Source: Lingula anatina (taxonomy: Eukaryota; Animalia; Brachiopoda). From it: a stretch of 64,000 nucleotides of DNA. Both the position numbers and the translations under genes were made by a program. Shown in pieces: positions 11,657 to 26,318 of the stretch (position 1 is the stretch's first letter; each line of letters opens with the position of its first letter). Below the pieces are notes generated by a model. The model worked only from the letters and a program-made list of their open reading frames with translations, had not been told where the DNA came from and did no database searches. The stretch is taken from the NCBI GenBank assembly GCA_051362555.1, contig CM120649.1, forward strand, positions 6,138,001-6,202,000, in the 5' to 3' direction.

Positions 11657-14600
11657 AGGAAACCTTTATATCCATCTTTCATATTTTCTCAAGTGATGTA
11701 CACGTATTATGATATAATGAAGCAGGCCCATTGTATCTTGCATATTGGAAACGAACTTTATCAAATACGTGATTAATCGATCATGATAAAAAGGCACATA
11801 CATTTTGATCATTCAACTGATCTTGTTTCTTCTCTGTCAAAAGACCGTTTACATTAAGCAAATAGCCAGTTTCTAGTTAATATACGACAAACAGAGTGTT
11901 TAAGACACCCGGTAAACCCCCTTTACACAAACAGATTAGTCTTGTGCCTGTTCAATTGTATGGCCAGTTTGCAAGGTCACTTTTTGGAGGTTCAAAGGAG
12001 GCAGCTCAGTTTATATAGGGACTGAAGGTGAATAGGATGTGCACGCGCCACCACCACGGTCACCATGTGGGCGGTGCAAAATTTCGAACATGTTCAAAAC
12101 ATTCGTATAAAGTTCGCGTTAAGGTGGATTACAGAAGGCGGGTAGTCATCAAACATTGGTGTGGTTGCTGAAAGGCTGAATAGATTGGATGCTCAATGTT
12201 CGGTCAGTTGTCTACACGTAATAGGTGCTATTGTTCTTTTCCGCCATTCAGGGCGATGCTACTGCCACTATTGTACCCACATTGTGTCTTCCTTTGCCGA
12301 CCACAATTGTCCATTGGACAATGAAGACGTTGATCGCTGTAACTCCTCAAAAATGATTTTCAAACTTGAAAAACCATGGAAACGTCCATTCCATTTTATC
12401 TACTCACTTGTTTTACTGCTGTCTTAGTTGTACGTCATTTCACCCAGCTGCACGGGCATTTTTACACATAGGCATTGCAAAGTACATTGGATTTCGTACG
12501 TACCCTATATCGTGCAAAAAAGCTCAACTAATCGCTTGCATTATTAACAATGTTTTACTATCGATAATGTTTGTAACCGGCCTTCCAGTTGGTCCATCAA
12601 TTATTATTTTAATTTATTCATCTATTTATTTATTTATTTTATTTTGCGTTCACTCTGAAGTGTGCTTGTACTCACATTTTGCTTTGCTGAATATTATTGG
12701 ATTTAGAGTCACAAACCAAACGTTTTTAAGTGTAGTAGAAAATACGATCGCTTCTACAGGTACGTTTAGTGCTACTCTCAAATGTCTGACTCACCTAGAA
12801 CTGTTATAGTAACGAGCAGCAGGCTTAGCAACACCATACTTTTAAGTAAAATTCTGTAGCAAGAGAATGGCTTTTAAAATGTCCTAGAACAAACAACACC
12901 TAAAGCGAGACTGGCGAAAAAAAGCAAAACCGTGGGCTGAGTGGATCATTTAGAAGAAACCTTACCCCAATTCCACGCTGAATGTAAACAGTGACACAAT
13001 ATCACGCCTTTTTTAATTGTGCCGTTTAAAATCGAAGGTACCCGTGCTTGTAAAAAACTCAGGTGTTTGCACATTCACTGTGTATTCTGTTGAAACGCAT
13101 TTATGCTACACGTAATCTGAGAAAACTTCCGTGACTAAATATTAACAACCGGTCGATAACAGCTGGTTGTAATGCTGTAATCGCATGCCAATAAAAAGGC
13201 GGGTTATATGCTGTTGTGAGGCCCACAAGACACATATTCAACTTTATTCCGAATGTGTGTGTGTGTGTGTGTGTGTGTGTGTCTGATGGACTTGTTTCAA
13301 AAAGTTTTATTAAATTCTCGACCATAAAACAAAATACAGCATGAAACCTAGATGAGATACATGGCAGCTCAGAACAGAGCCATGGGCGTCTAATTAAAAA
13401 TTAATGTCTTCTTGTACAAATATGAGTCACGTCTCTTTACGTAACAATGCTTTCTATTTCGATATGTTGCCTGCAGCCATAGAAAATGTATAAGTATACA
13501 TGTAGCATTGTTCTGCGCCATGTTTAACAAAAAAAGACGACAGAAAGACTGTAATCGGGCATAGCGAAGAATGTTGAAATACACGCTACAACAGAACGTT
13601 GTACAAATGTCAAAGGGTATACGCTTAAATTATTTTGGTTTTCTACAACATATTATAGCATGATCATTCATTTGCAGTGCCCGATCATGTTTCGTGCATT
13701 AATGACGAGACTTTGACTCATGACTACACAATAAATTAAAAAAAAAACATTTTTTAAAATAGATACATATGAATAAAAGCAAATTCGGTTACCTGTATGT
13801 AATTATGAGCGTTACCATTTTAAAGTGGCCTTGTTTCTTCAAATGCAATACCGACAAATGGGTACCTGGATATTCTGCAAAAGGGCAGAGGTGGGTTTAT
13901 CATATGAGTTTGCATCAATATTCTGCAGCAACAATGCTGCAAACTAAAAGTTTGTAGTAATGATTTTGCAGGGGTTTTGAAAGAAAAATATTATTGCTGC
14001 TAATTTGCAGCCATATTGCAGCAACTTACACGAATTGATTGCAGTTAGCAGCAATTTTTCAGGCCTGAAATGCTACTCAGGGAAGCTAATCTGTTTGTAA
14101 GCTGGGGTGACTTCATTCACGTTTCATTTACCTATTGTTTACAAAGGTGGGGCAACAATGGAAATCATCCTAATTACGCTAAAATGAGGCTGGCGACAAT
14201 AAACAGCATATGAGGTTAACTTTATTGCGATAAGACTTAAACTTTGTCTCAGAAATCAGTACAAAAAGTATCTCACAAATCATGGTGAATACATTAAGTT
14301 AATTGCTGTGCATAAGAAAGCAATTCTATTAAGAGAAAAACAACAACGAAAGTATTCCTTAATAAGCTACATGTATGTGACATTTTCATTTGTTGGCCCT
14401 ACTTCATATCAACCAATGTACATGTTGCGTCACTTTCCGAGCATCAAATAGGACTTGTGTCTGATTGCATTGGTGCAAATGACGTATTCTAGAACATTGT
14501 TTGTGTGCCAGATCCAGCTGATAGTAAACACTGCAAAACCACGCGTGTTTACTGTAAGGCAACTGAAGTATCGGTTTATGATATAGAAATGTTGCAGGAA

Positions 14601-16840
14601 ATGTGCTCATTTAATTTTTTTAGATATGATATGTTATTGATGGTAACTCTCACCACAATTATGCATCAGACCAAAAGAACTACAGGTAAGAGGAACATAC
14701 TAATATGTATGCGTAATGGGATTTAAAAAAACACACATTGTCCGGTACAGCAAATCATGGAGTTACCACGCAGCCAATGAATCTTTGGTTGCATCAGAGG
14801 TCTCGGATGGGTTAATTTAACTTCTCACTTTTTATAAGCATGGAACATCGCATATTTATGTCCCAGCTATCACAATCGACAGTCCAGGCGCCGTATTTCA
14901 TCCTGCACAACGCAAGTCCCCAACATGATCTAAACATCACTGTTGAAGTACATGATATAGGCCTACATGAGGCTTTGTTTTGTACGGCATCTGTGGTCCA
15001 GCGAGAGCGTGTTGACCCGTTGTAATTAGGTGTCATTAACAGCAGGATATATCAGCCAAAAGATCACCATTATTGGTTGCTGCGACATGATAATAGCTAA
15101 TAAACAACAACATGATACAAAAAAAAAGAAGACCGCCTCTCCTTCGGGAAGCTACCAGGAGGTAATGCGAATAAACCGAATTTTCCATCTTTTAAGAACA
15201 TTTTTTTTAACTGGAACCCTCTTCACATAGTTAACCAGATGCATCTTATTCAGAAGTGAAATTCAATTTATCCAACTTGTGCTTATAGTCATCGGTGGCG
15301 TCAAGACACTTGTATTTATGTACCTAGCCTTGAGTCCCGGAATATTGATGAAGCGGATTTTATAGGGCGTACTTAACAAAATACGACTGCAGTACATACA
15401 AAAAATTCAGACAACAAAACTGATATTCAAGAGGGTTTTAACAAGCCCTCCTCTGTCTCTTGTCAACAGTGTTCCCAACATGGCACGTTTTTCAGTCCAC
15501 AATACTTGTTAATGATATTAAATCCACACTGTTAGAATTTACATAAAAATAATTGATGAAAGTCGAACTCAATTCTTCGGAAAGAAATTCTTTTAAACAC
15601 TGACATCGTGCCTCAGGTTTGCTTATCATCACCGTATTTCTACATATTTACAGAGAGTTTACTTAAAAACTGAGAGACAAAACAAAACGCCCCTTCATCT
15701 CGGGCCTATTTAATCTAACGTGCCATTCTCATCATCGCTTTGGTCGATTGCTTTTCATTTGGTGTCCTGCTATTCTGTATTGAGTATGGACTCAACGACT
15801 GTGTTATGTTTATGAACCTTGAAGTGAGAGATACATTATTTATCAGTTCAATTCTTATCCTTCACCTTGGTTTTGTCGAGGGTATCGATTCAGTACATCA
15901 GCGTTTGTCTTGTTTTACCCTTTCCTTATTTAGCTGTAAGTTTCTTCAGTAAATATTATCTTTTCTTCCACTTTGTTCTGCTATTATTTGAAATTTGAAT
16001 ATCTTAGAAAGATATCACAATATCTTATCCTTCCTCGTTACAGGCAACAGGAAGCGTTAGGCCTTTAAGTTCTGTACCTTTTTTACACTGGAGGTTTCGG
16101 GTGGTAAATTTGTAATTTTAACTGCTATGAGTGAATCTCCAGGCTCTATAGATGTCAGAAAAACGAGTTCCTATAACTGAGGTATGATCTGAAAAGCGGA
16201 TTGTTATTGTGGATTTTTATTGCTTGGACGGATTTTGATGAGGAAAAACTCATTGATGATTTTACCAGGAAAATCAATGCTTATTGCACAGGGTATATCA
16301 GTAACGGTCAAGGCCAACAGACGTTCATGTAACATTTTCGATCCGAACCAGTAAAGGTAAAGGCTTTTTGAAAAGGATCGGTTATTGTGGTTGTTTTCAC
16401 TTTTGATTGTAGTCAAGGACAATTATTTCCCTTTAAGCTTTTCTTTTAATTTTATCCATATAGTTTAAGATATATCCATTGCTATCACATTCTGATATGT
16501 TTTCCAACTATTTATTTATCCCTTAACAATGCAAATACGAGTGAGAGTAATTAAAATTAACCAGATTAAAGCTACTCCAGCTGTTGCTGGTAAGGCACAG
16601 TTTATGACCCATTATAACAATAAATAATATTAAATCAATATCAATAGTGAATTACCTGACAAAAGTACGCATATTATGGATCAATAAACAGTTTTAGGGA
16701 AGGTTAGTGAATATACTCGTGTCTCACGTAAATTACCACGATCATCAACACACATGCCACCAAAATGTACCATTTGCATTTAATAAAACATTTTGCACAA
16801 AAAAAGTGATTCCGCCTTGTTAATTAGACTACATCTCGGT

Positions 16841-17217
16841 CTACACTGCACCCAAGCAGTTATCTTCATAATAGTCATAACCTGTGTCTGCCTGCAAGTC
16901 GCCAGATTGGGCAGTGCTAGGCAGTAGTTCACAGGTACATTGGTCATTTCCGATACAGAGAACGTTTATAGCTGCACACTTCCAGTGCTGCATACAGGAG
17001 ATGCTGCATTCAGTAAGACTGATGAAATTAAGCGTGGATATGGGAACAAGGGATGCACGGGCACCTGCTGCTACCAACTTGTACCTTGCTGTGCTTGAAA
17101 TACCTGGAATTATTATATATTATTATTATTATTTCTTACTTTGTAAAATACATAACCTTCATGATGTACTGTAGTTCATGTGATAACGACATAATAATAA
17201 TAATAATAATAATAATA

Positions 17218-17261
<44 letters not shown>

Positions 17262-20200
17262 AACTATGAATAGCCATCGCATATCCCAGCGCTTCAAAGG
17301 GTTATAAAGGGCACAGAAAATATCCGATGAAATATCATTTTTCGGGTAAAATGAAACGATATCCTTTGGTATTTCTCTAGGATATACCTTTTGATACTAC
17401 ATGTATATGAAAACATTTAGTCGGCTTTTGTGTCCTTATCTTTTACCACCGCCAGGAAGATTATGTTTTGATTCCTGTAGTTAATTTGTTTCGAAGTTTG
17501 TTCTTTTGTAACATTAGCAAAATATTATAGATTGGTTTTCAGAAACTGTCCAGAAGGTGGACCAAAGAACAAATGATGTACATGTAGGAACAAAATCTGG
17601 GGGCATAACTTAATTCTTTACTTGGAATCCGCCTGTTTTGGGAAAGATTTTAAGCATATATGTACCGTGAACCTCCACTTCACATAACTGCAAGGGCAGG
17701 TCGTCACTGCCAACTTTAATGATCAAAACATATCGTCCTCTCAGTGGTGTCCTACAGGACAGAGACGTGTTTCCCTTAGGTGCCACCCCCGGGTAACTGG
17801 CGCAGAGCTTGTACTGGGTGAATGATGAAGTACCGACAAAAGAGTATCCAACTCTCACCTCGAAATTAACCAGACGATCACCTGAAAATGACAAGTGACA
17901 CGATCCCCAACTTGGCATATGCTGTGATAGTACTTTGATGCCGTGCAGCGTTATATACAGACTTGATATTTAATATGGAATAATTTTATCCAAATCATTT
18001 TTCATCAGTTTTTTCCTATTTCGCTGACTGATTATTAAAAATAAGGATTAAAATAGTGTTTTAATGATTTTTAATTATCTCTTTGATATCATTGTGACAT
18101 CAGTTCATTAATGGAATTCGCCAGAGAAGCAAACAAAAACACATTGCCTATTCTATGTCATACGACAGCAATTAAAAGAGATATTTTGGATCTCCATATT
18201 TTCTAAATTATTTTCTGTAAAAGAGTAACATGTCTCACAAAGAACCCCATGTCAGTGTCTAGTCACGGTAACGGTCGCTGTAACGCTTGACCTCTTCTGT
18301 CTGCTACCTGCGCTCCCCTTGGGTTAGGTTTTAAGAGTTCAATCTGGAATAACATTCCAGGCATCGGTCAAAATCTGGTCAATTTGGTCCAGTTTTGTTG
18401 TACGACATTAGGCCATTGATTCGGCGAGTAAAGGCCTACCCACATATTGTCTATGTGGTTCAAATATGGCGATTTTGATTACCAAGGTAGCTGCTCATCC
18501 TCTTGGTTCTGTAAGTAACCTGCTATTAAAAGTGCTCTGTGTATATCGGCAATTACACTGTGCAACCTGAAATTGTTCCTAAGGTGTCCCCTTTCAAATG
18601 ATAGTCAAGTGGTTCCCAGACTATTCCTTTATTTGATCTGGTTCAGGTTTTCGTGGATGACCATCATTGGTGTTTTGGCACCAATGTGGTATCCACTCCA
18701 ATTACTGACGTTGTTAATGACCTTAGTCACTTTAGACGCGGCACACGCTTAGTCGTTGGCCTCTTCTAGATGTCTGTAAACTTTGTTTTGACTAGTTGAG
18801 CGGTACAGGTGACATCTGAAAGAAAGCCACGAGATTTCAGTGTTCAACTCAGAAACGGCCAAGGTCCCCAATTCATTAGACAAACATACAACGATGTATT
18901 GCTGTTTAAAGTGGGTTCCCCTGAGGTCGTCTGGTATTTCCCAACCAGCTAAAACCATATTGGTGTTCGCTAAGGGCCTTGAAAATGCGTTTTGGTTACA
19001 ATTCACCCCTCATTCTGAACGGACTGGGTGGTTTTTGTTTAATTGCAACAGCATATCCCGACAGACAGTGGGTCATGTATCCTGGTGGTAAGATTTCAAT
19101 ACATTGGGTGTGGCTTCTGTGTAGGTACATCAGTCTGGTCAGTGTAGACAGACAGAAGAGGTCAGTGAATGTATTACTCTATAAAACTGTGCGAGCCGTT
19201 TCGTCTGGCGCAATTATCTGTCTGGCAATGTCTGACTTTTTCGCGCCATTCTGCCACAGATTAACAAATTTGCAGAGTACTGCATAGCTCATTTTACACC
19301 TTGCAAAACCGACCACTTGCATGCAAAGTTTCAAATTCTTCAATGCAGTAGTTGCCGACATATTGATACTTTTTTGACAAAACCATGCCTTGCCAAAGCC
19401 AAGCTTTGACCTGACCAAAGGAGCACTACCCAATTAAATCACTGCATATTACATAATGCAGCAGCGCAACAAACCTGGCATTCAGTTAATTGGAAGCGAC
19501 ACACCTGACTACACACTTCTCCATTCACATGTCTTATATGAGATCGGAGTTTTTTGAAAAAAGAATCCATTTTTACCTAGGCATACCTTCGAAACTGAAA
19601 TATTCCATATTAAATGTCAAGTCTGTATTAGACAAATGATAAACCAGTTATGCAAATTGCATGTGGTACATGCATGCAAGGATAAATGATAACATCTCCA
19701 TATTTGAGAACGTTGTCACATGTAAAGCACTTCGCATACCTTTCAGGGCTTTTTACTTAATTCTCAATTTAAATAATTTTATATTTGTTTCACGGTCTTA
19801 GTTAATTTAACACTGTTACATGCATGTACATGAACGAAGCGTGGTTACCACCAGAATCAATGAATATACATGTATATTGCATTGAAAGTGAATATAAAGT
19901 AATGCTACTGTCACTAGTATTCACGAAACATCAAACATCCGATGTTGCAAAAATACGCATTTTATCAATTTATAATGAATCAAACGAAAAAAAAAGCAGG
20001 AGAAGGAAACTTACTGCAGCAGTCGCCTCTGTTTGTAACGGTAACACCTGCCACATTTGCCGTAGTTTCTAAATCCACAAGCCACCAATTCCCCTGGCCA
20101 TACTCTGTATGGGCGCAGCTGCCTTGACGCCAGATGTCGTCATAGTTACCGTCCACAGCGAGAATGGCATGTGAGCTCGAGGACACTGGGTAGGTGGAGC

Positions 20201-20781
20201 TTTGGTACGCAGGTTTACCTTTGGCCAAATCCTGGGAGCAACCTCTGCATAGTAGTGCACCTGTCGGAAGTAGTAATCATAACTAATAAAACAAATCACA
20301 TGGTAAAGTAATAAATAACCAAAACTTAAATAAACAATCATGATTAAAATCTAATCGTTTTTGGTCAATTTTTTTTACCTTTCCTGAAATTTCCATCAAA
20401 TTTGGTTCATAATAAATGAATTAATTAATTAATCAATAACACCAAGTCTATATCTGTTGCATTTGAAATACCAAAATAAATTCATATTATTCTAAGAAAG
20501 GTACAAAAGTAATGGGGGAATTTAAAATAATGCACATTTTCAAATAAATAATACAAAGGGCTGGGCCGGGCACACAAGTCAATTATCAGGTGGACACAAT
20601 TACGTTATTATGTTGTAGCTTAATTGCTGGAGAGTTTCAGTACATCAAATTAAGACGAAAATATTTTCTATCACTTGCACCAAAGACACATAAAGCACAC
20701 CTTACCACCAGCTTTACCACACGCAGACTTACCAAGAACTGTAACAGTAACTCCGGCTTGAAGCAGTCTCAGAACCGCCAT
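16841..20781 (-). CDS. Secreted F-type lectin (fucolectin) + PAN/apple protein, copy B (exons 20781-20733, 20260-20015, 17881-17666, 17103-16841)
   Basis: Signal peptide MAVLRLLQAGVTVTVLG, all phase-1 GT-AG introns, canonical fucose-binding motif H-x26-RGDCCSDR, Ca-binding LAVDGN, C-terminal PAN/apple cysteine pattern; open frame throughout. Confidence 0.88.
17958..19625 (-). mobile_element. Decayed Tc1/mariner (IS630-Tc1)-like DNA transposon in intron 2 of lectin B
   Basis: TIR CAGACTTGAYATTTAATATGGAATA at both ends, TA duplication, absent at the homologous site in copies A and C; minus-strand remnants of an HTH (NLWQNGAKKSDIARQI) and a YSPN motif. Confidence 0.85.
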
Positions 20782-22242
20782 ACTTTCTTGCTGTCACTAC
20801 AGCACCGTATTTGTATGCGTGTTTGAATTGAAATGCCGACAGACAAATAAATATAATGATTTGTAGTTGCTCTGGGCGGTGAATCAAATGAAATGGATTG
20901 TGAGAGCTGGGCAGAAGGATAGCTGTTATTTGATTATTTATAAGGGTGCCTTTTAATCCATCTTTCATAGTTTCCCAACTGATATATTATGGTATCTTGA
21001 AGCAGGTCTATTTTATGTTGCATGGAGTCGAACCTCATTAAATGTAATCTAATATCAAAAGCGTGATGAATCGGTCGCTTTCCATGTAGGCACACACGTT
21101 TTAATCAATGGACACACCTTGCTCCGTCTCTGTCAAATGACCGTTTACAATGAGTAAATTGTCAGTCTCTTGTTTATATGCGTCATACAGCGTCTGTAAG
21201 ACCCCCGCTGAACCCCCCTTTACACCAGGCCCCACTTTCATCAACATCAGATAGCATTATCCTATAGATAACACTATCCATTGGCTACTAGTTTATCCAA
21301 TGGATAGTTATCCTGAGGAAAGATGCCGTTTTTAATCATTGGAAAGAAATATCAGATACAAATATAAGTATATCTAGCGTTTAGAAAACATTACTTTACC
21401 TACAAGAAAACTGACTAGATGATTAATAATAAAAAAAAAAAAAACAGCTGAGTGGAAAATTTAGATACAACCTTACTTCAATTTCACACTCAGTGTAAAT
21501 AGTGAAACAATATCACGACTTTTTTTATATTGTGCCGTTTGGAATCGAAGGCACTGGTGCTTGTGAAAAATTCAGGCCTTGGCACATTCTCACTGTGTAT
21601 TCTGTTGAAACGCGTTTATACTGACGTTTGTTTTGTACGTAATCTGAGAAACCTATATACTTTCGTGACCATATGTGAATTAGTTGTCCATAACAGCCGG
21701 ATTACAATGCCGTAATTGCAAATAAAAAAGGAGATTATATGCTGTAGTGAGGCCCACAATATAAATATTAATCTTTATTCCGCGCAAGTGTGTGTGTGTA
21801 TGTGTGTGTGACTTGTGTCAGCTAGGTTTAATTTTTTTTTTTTAAATTCTCGATCATGAAACAGTATAAAACATGAAACTTTGATGTGATACATGTCAGC
21901 TCAAAACAGAACCATGGGCGACTAATTAAAAATTGAAGGCACCTTGTAGGAATATGAGTTACGCCTCTTTACGTAACAATGCTGTTTTTCTATTTATATC
22001 TGTTGCCTGCGTTTAACAAAAAGGACGACCGAAAGACTGAAATCGGTCACAGCGAAGAATTAATGCTTGAATACACGCTACAGCAGAGCGTTTAACAACT
22101 GTCGACGACTATTCTTGGTGTATTTTGGTTTTCTTCAACATGATCATTCATTTGCAGTGTCCGAGAAATAGACATACATTAATGACGAAACTTTGACTCA
22201 ATTAATAAACGCGCCGCCACGACTACACAATAAATAAAGAAT

Positions 22243-22245
<3 letters not shown>

Positions 22246-22308
<63 letters not shown>

Positions 22309-22398
22309 CGTGTGTGTGTGTATGTGTGTGTAAGTGTGTGTGTGTGTGATAAAAAGAAATAAAAACAGCAAAATAACTGCTGCTTTTATAGCTTTTTA

Positions 22399-22447
<49 letters not shown>

Positions 22448-22448
22448 C
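22246..22448. repeat. Compound (TA)n/(GT)n...(AC)n/(TA)n microsatellite forming an inverted repeat
   Basis: Arms gtgtgtgataaaaagaaataaaaacagca and tgctgcttttatagctttttatcacacac around a 7-nt loop at 22371-22377. Confidence 0.85.
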
Positions 22449-24040
22449 TCGTACAGGAAAAACACTTTTACTTTCAACATATACATAAAAGAGCAAATTT
22501 GGTTAGAAAGGTAGCAGGTGCAGCAAATCATTGAGTTACCACGCAGTCAATGAATCTCTGGTTGCATCAGAGATCTCGGATGAGTTAATTTAACTTCTAA
22601 CTATATAAGAACTATATATGGAACATCGCATAATTATGTTCCAGCTATCACAATCGACACTCCAACTGCCGTATTTTATCCTGCGCAACGCCAGCCGACA
22701 ACATGATCTAAACAAAACTGTTGAAGTTCATGATGTAGGCCTACATAAGGATTTGTTTTGTATCTATGGTCAAGCGAGGGTGTGTTGACCCGCTGTAATT
22801 AGGTGCCATTAACAGCAGGATATATCAGCCAAAAGATCACCATTATTGGTTGCGGCGACATGATAATAGCTAAAAAAAACTACTACAAAATACAAAAACG
22901 AAGACCGCCTCTTCTTGGGGATGCTACCATTTGATAATGCTCGGGCCGAATTTACCACCTTTTAAGAACATTTTTTTTATCTGGAACCCTCTTCAGATAG
23001 TTAACCAGATGCATCTTATTCAGAAGAGATATTCAATTTATCCAACTTATGCTTATAGTCAGGGGTGGCGTCTAGACACTTGTAGGCTACTTATGTACCT
23101 AGCCTTGAATCCCGGAGTATTGATAAAGTGGATTTTATAAGACGTATTCAACATAGTACAAAACACGACTCCAGTACATACAAAATCATACAACAAATCT
23201 GATATTCAAGAGGGTTTAAACAAGCCCTCCTCTGTCTCTTGTCAACAACGTTCCCAACATGGCACGTTTTTCAGTCTGCAATACTTGTTAATGATATTGA
23301 ATCCACACTGTTAGAATTTACATAAAAAAATCGATGAAAGTCGAACTCAATTCTTCGGAAAGAAATTCTTTTAAACACTGACATCGTGCCTCTGGTTTGC
23401 TTATTGTCACCGTGTTTCTACTTATTTACAGAGAGTTTACTTAAAAACTGAGAGACAAAACAAAACGCCCCTTCATCTCGGGCCTATTTAATCTAACGTG
23501 CCATTCTCATCATCGCTTTGGTCGATTGCTTTTCATTTGGTGTCCTGCTATTCTGTATTGAGTATGGACTCAACGACTGTGTTATGTTTATGAACCTTGA
23601 AGTGAGAGATACATTATTTATCAGTTCAATTCTTATCCTTCACCTTGGTTTTGTCGAGGGTATCGATTCAGTACATCAGCGTTTGTCTTGTTTTACCCTT
23701 TCCTTATTTAGCTGTAAGTTTCCTTAGTAAATATTATCTTTTCTTCAACATTGTTCTGCTATTATTTGAATTTTGTATATTTTAGAAAGATGTCACAATA
23801 TCTTATCCTCCCTCGTTACAGGCACACAGTAAGCGTTAGGCCTTTACATTTTTTTTCACTGGAGTTTTCTGCAAATTCTGGTTATCAACAAATATACGTG
23901 TACATGTACCATAAGTAAAACCGTTGAGATAAGCACGATCTGTTATCCAGTTTTCGGGTGGTAGATTTGTAATTTTTGTATTTGCATTTAATAAAACATT
24001 CTGAACACACCCAAAAAGTGATTCCGCCTTGTTAATTAGA

Positions 24041-24326
24041 CTACATCTCGGTGAACACTGCACCTGAACAGTTCTCTTCGTAATAGTCATAACCAGTACC
24101 TGCCTGCAAGTTGCCGGATTGGGCAGTACTGGGCAATAGTTCACAGGTACATTGATCATTTCCGATGCAGAGAACGTTTATAGCTACACACTCCCAGTTC
24201 TGCAAACAGGACATGCTGCATTCAGCACGACTGATGAAATTCAGCGTGGATATGGGCACAAGGGATGCACGGGCACCTGCTGCTACCAACTTGTACCTTG
24301 CTGTGCTTGAAATACCTGGAATTATC

Positions 24327-24370
<44 letters not shown>

Positions 24371-24431
24371 TCTTACTTTGTAAAATACATAACCTTTATG
24401 CTGTAATGTAGTTAATGTGAGGACTACATAC

Positions 24432-24465
<34 letters not shown>

Positions 24466-26318
24466 AACTAGATGGTGTCTATGAATAGCCATAGCATATC
24501 CCAGCACTTCAAAGGGTTATATAAAGGGCCCATTTTCGATGAAATATCATTTTTCGGGTAAAATGAAACGATGCCCTTTGGTATTTCTCTATGATATACC
24601 TTTTGATACTATATGAAAGCATTTGGTCGGCTTTGTGTCCTTATTTTTTACCACCGCCAAGAAGATTATGTTTTGATTCCTGTAGTTAGTTTGTTTCGAA
24701 GTTTGTTCTTTTGCAACATTAAGCAAAATGTTATAGATTGGTTTTCAGAAACTGTCCAGAGGGTAGACCAAAGAACAAATGATGTACATGTACGAACAAA
24801 ACCTGGGAGCATAACATAATTCTTAACTTGGGATCCGCCTGTTTAGGAAAAGGCTTTAAACACATATGTACCGTGAACCTCCACTTCACATAACTGCAAG
24901 GCCAGGTCGTCACTGCCAATTTTAATGATCAACACATATCTTCCTCTTAGTGCTGACCCACAGGACAGAGATGTGTTTCCCTTAGGTGCCACCCCCGGGT
25001 AACTGGCGCAGAGCTTGTACTGGGTGAATGATGAATTACCCACAAAAGAGTATCCAACTCTCACCTCGAAATTAACCAGACGATTATCTGAAAATGACAA
25101 GTGACACAATCCCCAACTTGGCATATACTGTGATAGTACAGCGTCATGCAGTGTCATATATTAGACAAATTATAAACCAGTTATGGAAATTACATGAATG
25201 AAAACATCTCTATATTTCAGAACGTTGTCACATGTAAAGCACCTCGCATACCTTTCAAGGCTTTTTACGCAATTCTCAATTTAAGTTATTTTATATTTGT
25301 TTCACGCTCTTATAGTTAATTTAACACTGTTACATGCATGTACATGAACGAAGCGTGGTTACCACCAGAATCAATGAATATACATGTATATTGCATTGAA
25401 AGTGAATGTAAAGTAATGCAAGTTACTAGTATTTATGAAACTTAAAACATCAGCTGTTGCAAAAATACGGAAGTGTTTTATAAATCAAAAGTGAATCAAA
25501 AAAAAAAAAAAGAGAAGAAAGAGAAAGAAAAAAGAGAATAAAACTTACTACAGCAGTCGCCTCTGTTTGTTATGGTAACACCTGCCACATTTGCCTTAGT
25601 TTCTAAATCCACAAGCCACCAATTCCCCTGACCATGCTCTGTATGGGTGCAGCTGCCTTGATGCCAGATGTCGTCATAGTTACCGTCCACAGCGAGAATG
25701 GCAACGGAGGACGCTCGGGTGGAGCTTTGGTACGCGGGTTTACCTTTGGCCAAATCCTGCGAGCAACCTCTGCATAGTGGCGCACCTGTCGGGAGTAATG
25801 ATAATAACTAATAAAACGAAACACATGGTAAAGTAATGATTAACCTTAACTTAATTAAACAATCATAATTAAAATCTAATCTCATCGTTTTTGGTCCATT
25901 TTTTACATTACCTGAAATACCTTTCCATTAAATTTTGTTATTAATAATAAATAAATAAATTAATTAATCAATAACACCAGGTCTATATCCGTTGCATTTT
26001 AAATAACAAAATTAATTAATACTACTCTAAAAGAGGTACAAAAGTAATGGGTGAATTAAAAACGATGCACATTTTCAAATAAATCATACAAACAGCTGGG
26101 CTAGGCAGACAAGTCAATTATCGGGTCAATTATTACGTTATTATATTAATTGTGGCTTAATTGCTGGAGGGTTTCAGTACATCAAATTAAGACTAAAATA
26201 TTTTCTATCATTTGCACCAAAGACACATAAAGCATAACTTATCACCCGCTTTACCACACGCAGACTTACCAAGAACTGTAACAGTAACTCCGGCTTGAGG
26301 CAGTCTGAGAACCGCCAT
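24041..26318 (-). CDS. Secreted F-type lectin + PAN/apple protein, copy C (exons 26318-26270, 25785-25549, 25087-24872, 24315-24041)
   Basis: Same exon structure and phases as B; motif H-x26-RGDCCNNR; exon 2 is 9 nt shorter; the stop used in A and B reads TTC here, adding FTEM. Confidence 0.88.
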
